The position numbers and the translations under genes were made by a program. The notes under the pieces were generated by a model. It did no database searches. It worked only from the letters and a program-made list of their open reading frames with translations, and was not told the origin of the DNA. Positions 27,913 through 35,751 of a DNA stretch of 64,000 nucleotides are shown here, one piece after another (positions within the stretch are counted from its first letter, which is position 1; every line of letters starts with the position of its first letter). This stretch comes from an uncultured Lactobacillus sp. (lineage in GTDB: Bacteria; Bacillota; Bacilli; Lactobacillales; Lactobacillaceae): contig CAMFOZ010000001.1 in assembly GCA_945971245.1 (NCBI GenBank), positions 140 to 64,139 on the forward strand, read 5' to 3'.

Positions 27913-28653
27913 TTAAAGTTTCTTTAGTCCCAGCTTCTTACGTCCGGAGTTAAACCAAGGACTCACCGTAAATGCGAGAACATCATTGATGACATAAATA
28001 GAACTGTTAATAGCCATTGCCAACGTAGCATCCCCTTGTGCGTAGGTAACGCCCCAGAGAATTAATTGGAAGATACCGGATGCAAGCCACCAAAAATATT
28101 GGTTGTTGTAACGCATAAAGCACATAACACCCGCCGTCAAGCTAATAGCAAAGCTAATGGCATCAATCCAAGGGCGTGGATCGTTGGTGAATTTACCAAT
28201 CAAGTAGCCCGAGATTACATATACAAGTAGTGTCCCAATAATAGCGATTAACCATTGCTTACCGCCAAACTTGCGGAGGTGGTTCTTAGTATCGTTGTTC
28301 CACGACCGAACTGCTAAGATAACTGGCAAGTCCAGTGTTAAGACATAAGCCACCTGTTCAAAGATCGATAAGTAGTTCTTAGCAGACCACCCTGCGTAGA
28401 TAAAGCAGGCAGCGCTAACTAGCCCCAGCCAACCGTTAATGGCCTTGGTGGCGTTAATAGCTAACACACATAGGACGCCCAACGTAGTACCAACAAAAGT
28501 AATAATTGCTACTGGAGTAACCGGGTTACTTACCAGTGTCATAATCTGGCAACCTAGACTAAAGAAAAATAGGTAATAGTTCTGTTGTGGCCACCCCTTT
28601 AATTGACTAAGTAACCACTTGAAATAGTTTTGTTTCTTTGCTGTTTGTTCCAT
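27913..28653 (-). CDS. pnuC: PnuC-like nicotinamide riboside transporter family membrane protein
   Basis: 246 aa, about 7 TM segments. Trp/Gly-rich motifs resemble PnuC (by eye only). Confidence 0.5.
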   Translation of the reverse strand: MEQTAKKQNYFKWLLSQLKGWPQQNYYLFFFSLGCQIMTLVSNPVTPVAIITFVGTTLGVLCVLAINATKAINGWLGLVSAACFIYAGWSAKNYLSIFEQVAYVLTLDLPVILAVRSWNNDTKNHLRKFGGKQWLIAIIGTLLVYVISGYLIGKFTNDPRPWIDAISFAISLTAGVMCFMRYNNQYFWWLASGIFQLILWGVTYAQGDATLAMAINSSIYVINDVLAFTVSPWFNSGRKKLGLKKL

Positions 28654-28733
28654 TTGTTTTATCTCCTTTATCTTGTTAGGTTCACGGTTGCCCGTGCCTT
28701 ATCCGTCTTACGACATCTTTCAGTGCCATCAGT

Positions 28734-29057
28734 TTACTTATTCAAATCACTATCTTTGACAAATACGCCATTGATGGTCTTGCCATGACGATGAGCAATT
28801 TCTCGCCAAGCATCATTAAGGCAGATCACCGGATCAAGGCCAACTTGCTTGCTAAAGATAATAATCGTTACAAGTAAATCGCCAACGCTATCAATTAAGT
28901 CATTGTGTTTCTCCTTGTTGTAGGCAGCACTCGTTTCGCCCAATTCTTCAACAATCTTCGTGAACTGAATGTGTGGATCTTTATCCAGCAATTCTCGTTC
29001 TTTTGCCCATTGGGTTAGTTTGTCGGCAATCTCTTCAAACGTTTTATTTTTAGCCAT
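28734..29057 (-). CDS. MazG-like nucleotide pyrophosphohydrolase
   Basis: EELGE and DSVGD motifs in a ~107-aa all-helical protein. The likely start is ATG 29057, right after the upstream stop. Confidence 0.65.
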   Translation of the reverse strand: MAKNKTFEEIADKLTQWAKERELLDKDPHIQFTKIVEELGETSAAYNKEKHNDLIDSVGDLLVTIIIFSKQVGLDPVICLNDAWREIAHRHGKTINGVFVKDSDLNK

Positions 29058-29059
29058 GC

Positions 29060-29353
29060 TTACAAATCCCCCATAAAATAATCTTTTGCAAACCTTTTGA
29101 GCCATTCATTAGGTGTCAAAGCAGTATTTGAATTTGAATCTTCATCAGCATTTTTGCTTTCCGTGCGATTCAAATAATTAGTCTCAGCTTCGGTTAATAA
29201 TTGTGTAGCCTTTATTGCAACGCTTTGCTCTGCCGGCGTACTTTTTGGGTCATTAAGAATGCCGATCATATCTTTAATAGTTAATTCCCGTGCCAACTTA
29301 GTAGTCTCGGCTTCCTGTTTATCCATTAAACGTGCTAAATCTAAGTAGCTCAT
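29060..29353 (-). CDS. hypothetical protein (97 aa)
   Basis: ORF track. Confidence 0.5.
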   Translation of the reverse strand: MSYLDLARLMDKQEAETTKLARELTIKDMIGILNDPKSTPAEQSVAIKATQLLTEAETNYLNRTESKNADEDSNSNTALTPNEWLKRFAKDYFMGDL

Positions 29354-29380
29354 TATTTTGGTGCCCCCATAAAATACGTG

Positions 29381-29605
29381 TCATCCAATAACACTAAACG
29401 TCTTAGTTAATGGTCCAATCTCGCCTTCTGGAACCTGGAATTCAACGTCACCAATAGTCAGACGGTTAGTTAACGTCTCAAAAGACAATTGCGTCACTGT
29501 TAGCCTAGTTCGATGTCCCGTTGCATCGACAAGGTATAACCCAGGTTTCAGTCCATAATATGGTCCGTTTCGTTTTGGGTACCGAATATGATGGTCATTT
29601 TTCAT
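29381..29605 (-). CDS. hypothetical protein (74 aa)
   Basis: ORF track 29381..29632. The likely start is ATG 29605 (SD AAAGGGGAA). Confidence 0.5.
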   Translation of the reverse strand: MKNDHHIRYPKRNGPYYGLKPGLYLVDATGHRTRLTVTQLSFETLTNRLTIGDVEFQVPEGEIGPLTKTFSVIG

Positions 29606-30116
29606 CTGTGTTCCCCTTTTCACTCGCTTCAAATCGTTCTAAGAACTCGTCTGGCGCATACACTTTGCTTTTGCCTTGTGAATCGGTGACAATCCAATCT
29701 TTGTTGTTAACTATGGTTGAATCGAGATAATAGTTATAGATGTAATCGCTCAGCTCAGGAGCGTCAAAATTATAAACTGTTTCAGCAGGCTCGCCGAACA
29801 CGCGTGAAAGCCATCCTTCTGAATGCTCCTTTTGTACCACTGGTGCTTTTACACAAAACATACCTTGATCATCATAAATACGAACCACACCAGTTTTACT
29901 ATTAAACCCATCAATAACACTATCTCCAACAAGAACAACGTCATCATTATCAAGTTGCCACATCAAATTTACAGGTAGATGCTCATGTGTGTCTCCATAA
30001 ACAGAATGCTTACACCTTTTAAGCATCGGGTACTTAATCAAACCGTATTTAGAAGCAAAAGCCATATCAAACTGAACGGCTTCATATTTTTGTGGTAGCT
30101 CTCGGACGGTAATCAA
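29595..30116 (-). CDS. hypothetical protein (173 aa), shares the A.QF...DW.VTD..G...Y...F motif with 30113..30424 and 39288..39539
   Basis: ORF track; paralogy seen by eye. Confidence 0.55.
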   Translation of the reverse strand: MITVRELPQKYEAVQFDMAFASKYGLIKYPMLKRCKHSVYGDTHEHLPVNLMWQLDNDDVVLVGDSVIDGFNSKTGVVRIYDDQGMFCVKAPVVQKEHSEGWLSRVFGEPAETVYNFDAPELSDYIYNYYLDSTIVNNKDWIVTDSQGKSKVYAPDEFLERFEASEKGNTDEK

Positions 30117-30424
30117 ACTTCTTCGCCTTCTTTCTTAACAAAAACCTTCTTAAACTGTTTGTCCGTATAAACCCTTGTTTGGCCTTCTTTATCAGTTACT
30201 AACCAATCACCATCGGCAAGGGCAATGTCATGATAATAAAAGTCCTTGTCCTTATTAGCACAAGCACCAATTTTGCCCTTTATATCATCTGGTAGAGGAA
30301 ACTCATAATATGCACGTTTCATCGTTACTCCAGGATATTTAGCTAATGACATTTTCTTGTGATTGGTATGAAATTGCACAGCTCCGTAGTAATCGAGCTG
30401 ATTTTCTTTATCTTGAACAATCAT
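30113..30424 (-). CDS. hypothetical protein (103 aa), same small-domain family
   Basis: ORF track. Confidence 0.55.
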   Translation of the reverse strand: MIVQDKENQLDYYGAVQFHTNHKKMSLAKYPGVTMKRAYYEFPLPDDIKGKIGACANKDKDFYYHDIALADGDWLVTDKEGQTRVYTDKQFKKVFVKKEGEEV

Positions 30425-30437
30425 ATTTTTACCTCTC

Positions 30438-32138
30438 CTACTTAAGGCTGTCGTTTTTGAAGTTTTCTACATTACCAACGCTTTGACCGTTTACTACACT
30501 TGCTTTGAAGCTTAGTTTGTCACCAGGACGAACAAGGTTAGCATTGTCATAATCGTTAGTGTTAACGGTGTAAACAGTGTTGCTGTTCTGGAGTGTGAAC
30601 ATTACTTTGTTCTTGTTTGAAACAACCGCAGCACGATCAACGACACCGCTGACTTTCTTATCTTTTGCTCCCGGCGTATTTTTAGCAGTAGCACCATCAT
30701 TAACCAGCGCCTGCCGGAACGCATCCAACGCGCTCGTTGGATTGTTCCCGCTGCCGTAGAGTGATTGATCTTTAGCATCAAGATAGTAGTAACCACGAAT
30801 TGCATGAGAACTGTCAAGGATTGTCATGACCCACGTTGGGCGTCCGTTAACGTTGTATAGAACTGGCATCTTAGCTTTCCACTGTTGAGCCTTGTAGTTT
30901 TGGTTAGCATTCTCTTTTGCACCGGTGCTATCCATAATTCCGTTGGCTGAGTAGTAGGTCAGTTTCCCTGTTCGAGCGTTAATCATTGAGTAACCCATTG
31001 CTGAGTCAGCTTTGCTATTAGGATTGGTAAAGTCCGTAAAGTAGCTGATTGAACCATCACGGTTAAAAATTGATGTCACACCATCTTCGGGGCCATTATT
31101 AGTTGGCTTAATAACATCAGTCTTGCTCCAATTCCAGAAGCCTTGCTTGTATTTACCAAAGATAGTGTTCATATCAGCTGCGGCATCACTTGTGATACCT
31201 TCATCAACGAACTTTGGCAATGACTTTAACGAGTAAGTGTTTTGCTCTCCGGTCTGTGCATTCATAACAACAACATGAAGTTTTTGGTAGTTAACACGGT
31301 GACTAAAGGCTTCTGACTTGTAGACTGTTTGTACCCAAAACGGAGTTCCACTATTATCAATTTCAAGTTGCGGTGTACTCATCGTTAACCATTCGGGGTT
31401 GTGACGGTAAATTTGGCGATCAACATCATAGCCAAAGTAGGCACTCTTAGCGTACTTATACGGTTTCTTGACAAATTCCGGTTCAGCATTTTGATTGGTT
31501 GCATCTACGATAAAGTAACCGGGGATTTTGCCTGCGCGCCGCATCGCAAAGAAGCCGTCATAGCTAAGTGGAATGATATATACTGGCTTGCCTTTGTAAT
31601 ATTGAGCCTGCACCGTGTCTGGTGTGTCATAGTATTGACTGTTAGGGATGTCAGACATCGATTTATGAACCCGGTTCAATACAGTATTAGGAGCTAAAGC
31701 GACCGGTGTTTCGTTTCGCTTAAACGTTGGTGCTTCAGTTGATTTGCTGTATTGTTTTGAGATTGATTTCCACGTTGGCTTAACCGACATAGCTGAATGA
31801 ACTTCACCAGCAAGGCCAGCGAAGAACACGACCACAAAAGCAATGATCCCAATTCCAAAAACATTCAAGCCGTTTTTGCCCGTTGCCCTGTAAGAATCTG
31901 GAACGAAACAGATAGCAATTGCTTCATAAATTGCTCCCCAAAAACCATTACTGATTAAAATACTCAGCAGGTTTCTTGATGGTAATCCAAAATAAACACG
32001 CACAAATGTGAAAATGGCAAAAGACGCCAGCAAAATACAATTCGTAATTAGCCAACCGTTATGCTTATGTTCACAGATAACATTTATTAGGAACAAAATG
32101 ATTGGCCCCAGCATATATACCAAAGTCATAGCTAACAT
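30438..32138 (-). CDS. polytopic membrane protein with large extracytoplasmic domain (566 aa)
   Basis: About 4 N-terminal TM helices, then a ~440-aa soluble region. The ATG overlaps the upstream stop (TAATG at 32140-32136). Confidence 0.7.
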   Translation of the reverse strand: MLAMTLVYMLGPIILFLINVICEHKHNGWLITNCILLASFAIFTFVRVYFGLPSRNLLSILISNGFWGAIYEAIAICFVPDSYRATGKNGLNVFGIGIIAFVVVFFAGLAGEVHSAMSVKPTWKSISKQYSKSTEAPTFKRNETPVALAPNTVLNRVHKSMSDIPNSQYYDTPDTVQAQYYKGKPVYIIPLSYDGFFAMRRAGKIPGYFIVDATNQNAEPEFVKKPYKYAKSAYFGYDVDRQIYRHNPEWLTMSTPQLEIDNSGTPFWVQTVYKSEAFSHRVNYQKLHVVVMNAQTGEQNTYSLKSLPKFVDEGITSDAAADMNTIFGKYKQGFWNWSKTDVIKPTNNGPEDGVTSIFNRDGSISYFTDFTNPNSKADSAMGYSMINARTGKLTYYSANGIMDSTGAKENANQNYKAQQWKAKMPVLYNVNGRPTWVMTILDSSHAIRGYYYLDAKDQSLYGSGNNPTSALDAFRQALVNDGATAKNTPGAKDKKVSGVVDRAAVVSNKNKVMFTLQNSNTVYTVNTNDYDNANLVRPGDKLSFKASVVNGQSVGNVENFKNDSLK

Positions 32139-34180
32139 TATTTATCCTCCTTTGGTTCTGCTAGTAAATCAGTAAACGTTGATTGGGTTAACTTGTCTGG
32201 GCTTAAACCAATGATGTCCGGTGCATCATAGTTAAACTGCACATAAGCCTGCCCGTTCTTAGTCACCATATGGTTATCTAGAATATGTGCTGAACTTCTG
32301 AGTACACTTTTCAACTCATCCTCGTCACTAATTACGTGGCCACCCAACAGCTTAATCAAGTCAGTAACCATATAGGTGTTATCCAGCTGATGTCGGAAGA
32401 TTTCGATAAGCTTTGTTGTCGTGTCGCTAACACCCGGCACCCGAACGTTACCAAAGCTAGTGGCAGTAAAGCCAATCTTCACACCCTCATCGGTCGGCAA
32501 AACAACCATCAGCATCTTAGACATTTCTTGTGGTGAAATACTATCGTGGAACAAGGCCGACTTAGAATCGATGATTTGTGTGGCAACACCTTGCTGACTG
32601 TTACGATCGACATTTGCCCCAGTAATGAAGACATCAAACTTAACGTCCCCATTGCTATGATAGTCATTCACCGAAACAATCATCGGTGCAGTCAGGGTAT
32701 TTGCCTTGATCTTGTAAAATTCAGCAGCGTATCCATATGGGTTGAGATGAGTCATATCCCCTGAGAACGTCACTGTCCCGCTGTATGAGCCATTCCATCC
32801 ATAGTGTTCACCATCAAGTGACATCATATGCAGATCAAGGTCAGCGGGCGTATTCCAGGCAACACCCAATGAAACATCCTTACCCTTGAATTCGTATGAA
32901 CTCATGTACGGTAACGTACCTACAAAATCTTTACCCGATGTCGGCAAAGCGTAGTTGATGCCTTCGGGAATGTAGAACACTTTATCGCTCCAATCTCCGT
33001 AGCGCCGTTTTAGTTCATTGACGATCATCTGGCGAACCCGGTTTTTTCGTTCAGTCTTGTTCGTCCAATTGACAATTTTAAGGCGCCAATCCTTGTTATC
33101 CAGCTTTAGGTAGCTCTTGCCGTTACGAATTTTGAAGTACCTTGCATTCATAGCGCCGTCTTTGCGTATCATGGCATTCATGATCTTGATCAATTTGTAA
33201 ATCGGAGTCTTAGCCATTGATTTACGAATTGCATCCAGTGAGACATCAAGATCCATAACATGCTCCAGCGGCGACTGCTTGCGTGGCACATACATACGCT
33301 TAGATAACTTCATTGCACGGTTAATCAGCGTCTTATCAGTGAATCGCTTACGAAGAACCAGGTACAGCTTCCGGTAACGAGTGATATTCTTAGCAACCGT
33401 TTCAATGCCGAATTGCTTAACATACTGGTTAAATGCTTTTTCTTGCCGCGCATGTGCATCACGTCCTAGCCAGTCTAACTTGGTTAGCATAGCCCGCGAC
33501 TTAATTAAAAGTGTGCTACCGGTGCCCAGATAAATCAGGTAACGAGTAAATTCATCAAAGCTCTTTGGTAAAAGATTGAGCTCTTTACACATCCGGCACA
33601 TAAACTCACGATTGCTAATTTGGTCAAGATAGTCATTAACTGGCAACTTACATCCATTAATAACGATAATAAGGTTGCTTTGTGTTACTTCATCCAGTGC
33701 CATGCCGCTTGTAAGCATGGTCTTTACCTTTTCTCCGATCTCTTCAACCGATAAGGCTTCGATATAGGTTAGGTCGTGTTCGACGTCAATATCGAGTCCT
33801 TTGAGATATTCTGGTTCGTACCCCACAATGTCACTACGATCAATTCCACGGTCATACGTGCTCATGTAATGAGCCAATTGGTCCATGCGTAGTTGCAACT
33901 CGCTACGGTTTTCTACATCACTAAATCGCTTATAGAACGTCGAGTTGACTTTTGCCATATCCACGCCGTATTCGCCAACAGCAGTGTTGATAATATCTTT
34001 AGATTCAAAAAACGAGCGATCAACAAACGCATCTGTATCAAATACCACTCCTTTTGAAATGGCCATAAGGCGTTCAGCTTTCAGCCCGGCGTGCTCTTGG
34101 CGATTACCATTTTTAAGCACAACAGCTTTGAAAAGTTTAATTGTTGCATGGTTAAGTTGGTATGCAGTCATGCGAGTCAT
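32138..34180 (-). CDS. large protein (680 aa) with TerD-like domain near residues 425-520
   Basis: SLGVAWNTPADLDLHMMSLDGEHYGWNGSYSGTVTFSGDMT...PMIVSVNDYH parallels the TerD pattern GLGWD..DLDASAFLL..FIFYNN..GSVTHTGDN..IIFVVTIHD. Alternative start ATG 34171. Confidence 0.7.
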   Translation of the reverse strand: MTRMTAYQLNHATIKLFKAVVLKNGNRQEHAGLKAERLMAISKGVVFDTDAFVDRSFFESKDIINTAVGEYGVDMAKVNSTFYKRFSDVENRSELQLRMDQLAHYMSTYDRGIDRSDIVGYEPEYLKGLDIDVEHDLTYIEALSVEEIGEKVKTMLTSGMALDEVTQSNLIIVINGCKLPVNDYLDQISNREFMCRMCKELNLLPKSFDEFTRYLIYLGTGSTLLIKSRAMLTKLDWLGRDAHARQEKAFNQYVKQFGIETVAKNITRYRKLYLVLRKRFTDKTLINRAMKLSKRMYVPRKQSPLEHVMDLDVSLDAIRKSMAKTPIYKLIKIMNAMIRKDGAMNARYFKIRNGKSYLKLDNKDWRLKIVNWTNKTERKNRVRQMIVNELKRRYGDWSDKVFYIPEGINYALPTSGKDFVGTLPYMSSYEFKGKDVSLGVAWNTPADLDLHMMSLDGEHYGWNGSYSGTVTFSGDMTHLNPYGYAAEFYKIKANTLTAPMIVSVNDYHSNGDVKFDVFITGANVDRNSQQGVATQIIDSKSALFHDSISPQEMSKMLMVVLPTDEGVKIGFTATSFGNVRVPGVSDTTTKLIEIFRHQLDNTYMVTDLIKLLGGHVISDEDELKSVLRSSAHILDNHMVTKNGQAYVQFNYDAPDIIGLSPDKLTQSTFTDLLAEPKEDK

Positions 34181-34189
34181 CCTTTCATT

Positions 34190-34226
34190 TCAAAATAAAA
34201 AAAGGTAGCTCAAAAAGAGCTACCTT
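34190..34226 (-). terminator. strong rho-independent terminator closing the RNA island
   Basis: 10-bp stem aaggtagctc / gagctacctt with a 5-nt loop, followed on the minus strand by UUUUUUUUAUUUUG. Confidence 0.85.
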
Positions 34227-34371
34227 GCTTAAGCGTAAAAGGCGGAGCGTATTCATTAAGTTTTGCAGACTTGTAATAAATAGGAACGCTCTTGTGCCTT
34301 TTGAATGTTGTGACTAGACGTAAAAATATCTCAGACATGATGTAAATATAGGAACGTCTTTGTGTCACTGA

Positions 34372-34440
34372 TGCCGATCGATGGAGTCGAACCACCTGAA
34401 GTACGAATTGAAGAGCCACACTTTTGCTCCGAGCATCGAC
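34372..34440 (-). ncRNA. 69-nt tRNA-like element a (Thr-CGU-like anticodon loop, no variable loop)
   Basis: Acceptor GUCGAUG/GAUCGGC (6/7 bp). GAGC-9nt-GCUC D-like hairpin. UUCAA-UUCGUAC-UUCAG arm (4/5 bp). T arm GGUGG-UUCGACU-CCAUC directly abuts the anticodon arm. Confidence 0.5.
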
Positions 34441-34443
34441 GTA

Positions 34444-34508
34444 AAGGCATAGCTTGTACTATTACAAAAAGGAGCTTCTCAACTCCTTTATATTGATGTC
34501 TATGCCTT
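34444..34508 (-). repeat. structured module 1: outer helix aaggcatag/ctatgcctt around the conserved hairpin ggagcttctcaactcctt
   Basis: Core at 34471-34488. Outer helix 34444-34452 / 34500-34508. Confidence 0.7.
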
Positions 34509-34509
34509 A

Positions 34510-34582
34510 TTGTGGGAGCTGGACTCGAACCAGCGAATCACGGTACCAAAAACCGTTGCCTTACCAACTTGGCTATCTCACA
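34510..34582 (-). tRNA. tRNA-Gln (anticodon UUG)
   Basis: Acceptor UGUGAGA/UCCCACA (one A-C mismatch). D arm GCC-AAGUUGGUAA-GGC as in bacterial tRNA-Gln. Anticodon arm ACGGU-UUUUGGU-ACCGU. T arm GCUGG-UUCGAGU-CCAGC. No encoded CCA. Confidence 0.85.
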
Positions 34583-34721
34583 GTAAACGCCTTAAATAGG
34601 CGAAGCTTCTTTGATCTCCCATACCTACTCTTAGCGTGCCCGTCGTCACGAGCCCCTCTGGTGAGATTATTAGCTAACCGCCTCACTTTTTTGACGGCGA
34701 TGATTTTTCCCAAGAGGGTTA

Positions 34722-34835
34722 TGCTGATGAGTGGATTCGAACCACTAGCCAAACGGGAGCGGCCCGGTTGGCTCCTGCACTTTGCAGCCGAAACTTGGTT
34801 GCGACCCAAGGTATCTACTTTGCTGTGCCATCAAC
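34722..34835 (-). ncRNA. 114-nt tRNA-like element c (good acceptor and T arms, oversized core)
   Basis: Acceptor GUUGAUG/CAUCAGC (7 bp). T arm AGUGG-UUCGAAU-CCACU. Internal hairpins CUUGG-GUCGCAA-CCAAG, CUGCA-AAG-UGCAG and AGCCAA...UUGGCU. No D stem. Confidence 0.5.
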
Positions 34836-34836
34836 G

Positions 34837-34928
34837 TTTTCAAAGCATGGAGTGTGTATTTTAAAGACGTGTTACCAACAGTAAAGAGGAGCTTCTCAAC
34901 TCCTTTTTATTTATTCATGCTTTGAAAA
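34837..34928 (-). repeat. structured module 2: 13-bp outer helix around the second copy of the conserved hairpin
   Basis: ttttcaaagcatg (34837-34849) pairs with catgctttgaaaa (34916-34928). Core at 34888-34905. Confidence 0.7.
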
Positions 34929-35032
34929 ATATGGATTATGATCATCTGCCACCATCGCGTCGGCTTTGCACCGGATTCCATACGTATTAGTTTATTATCT
35001 AGGAAGAATGACTACACTTGTCGTGAAGCCAA

Positions 35033-35105
35033 TGAACGCGGTGGGCTTCGGTCCCACGACCCTCGGATTAAAAGTCCGATGCTCTACCAGCTGAGCTACA
35101 CATTC
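35033..35105 (-). tRNA. tRNA-Lys (anticodon UUU) with non-canonical T loop
   Basis: Acceptor GAAUGUG/CGCGUUC. D arm GCUC-AGCUGGUA-GAGC. Anticodon arm UCGGA-CUUUUAA-UCCGA. T stem GUGGG/CCCAC, but the loop is ACCGAAG rather than UUCRANN. Confidence 0.75.
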
Positions 35106-35130
35106 AAATTAAAGTCAGCAAGATAGCTGA

Positions 35131-35556
35131 CTACATAACGTCGATATCAAGTTTCTGTGCTAGATTTTCTAAAAACTCATTACGCAACTCGTAAGCTCTC
35201 GTAGTGCCGACCGGGACAATGTGCTGATCACACAATTCTGGAATTGTTCGTTTAGCATAATTGTCAAAGTATAATTTCTGAATCAACTTAACGGTGATAG
35301 TCCCAGCTTCATCAAGGCAATCATCAATTGCCTGACGTTCAAGTTTTAATCGTTGAAGCCGTCGATCATCATTAATGGTAATCACAAGATTGGAAACCGG
35401 GTCGCTTCGCTTATTCAAAGCACGGCCACCGCCAACATTCTCGTCATCGTCCATTGTCGGATTTTCAAGTTCTTCTTCACGTTTCTTAATATATTGGGAG
35501 AGTTTAGGATAATCGCGTAATACGTCTTCTAGCACATGGCGAATTGATCGTCTCAA
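35131..35556 (-). CDS. ArpU/RinA-family late transcriptional regulator
   Basis: 141 aa, TTG start with GGGAGTGG SD. The LRDYPKL...LERQAIDDCL...KLIQKLYF pattern is typical of the ArpU family. Confidence 0.75.
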   Translation of the reverse strand: MRRSIRHVLEDVLRDYPKLSQYIKKREEELENPTMDDDENVGGGRALNKRSDPVSNLVITINDDRRLQRLKLERQAIDDCLDEAGTITVKLIQKLYFDNYAKRTIPELCDQHIVPVGTTRAYELRNEFLENLAQKLDIDVM

Positions 35557-35601
35557 TATTCCACTCCCAATATTAAGTTGTTAAGGGCCATTAAAGACCG
35601 A

Positions 35602-35675
35602 CGCCGAATGCCCGACTTGAACGGGCGACACTCGATTTAACAGACCGATGCTCTAACCAGCTGAGCTAATTCGGC
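35602..35675 (-). tRNA. tRNA-Asn (anticodon GUU)
   Basis: GCCGAAU-UA-GCUC-AGCUGGUUA-GAGC-A-UCGGU-CUGUUAA-AUCGA-GUGUC-GCCCG-UUCAAGU-CGGGC-AUUCGGC-G. All arms canonical. Confidence 0.9.
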
Positions 35676-35682
35676 GAATATT

Positions 35683-35751
35683 ACCAAGCGGCCGGATTCC
35701 AACCGACATTTTGCATGACCAGATCTGTCTAAGTTATCTATCTTCGCTTGG
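35683..35751 (-). ncRNA. 69-nt tRNA-like element g (CAU in a loop, weak anticodon stem, no variable loop)
   Basis: Acceptor CCAAGCG/CGCUUGG (7 bp). T arm GUCGG-UUGGAAU-CCGGC. The putative anticodon arm AUCUG-GUCAUGC-AAAAU has only 3/5 bp. No clear D stem. Confidence 0.45.

Noticed and set aside
34210-35126. Track ORFs 34210..34419, 34454..34864, 34573..34809 and 34938..35126 in the RNA island
   Set aside because: They run across tRNA genes, hairpin modules and terminators, have no SD, and their compositions look non-protein-like.
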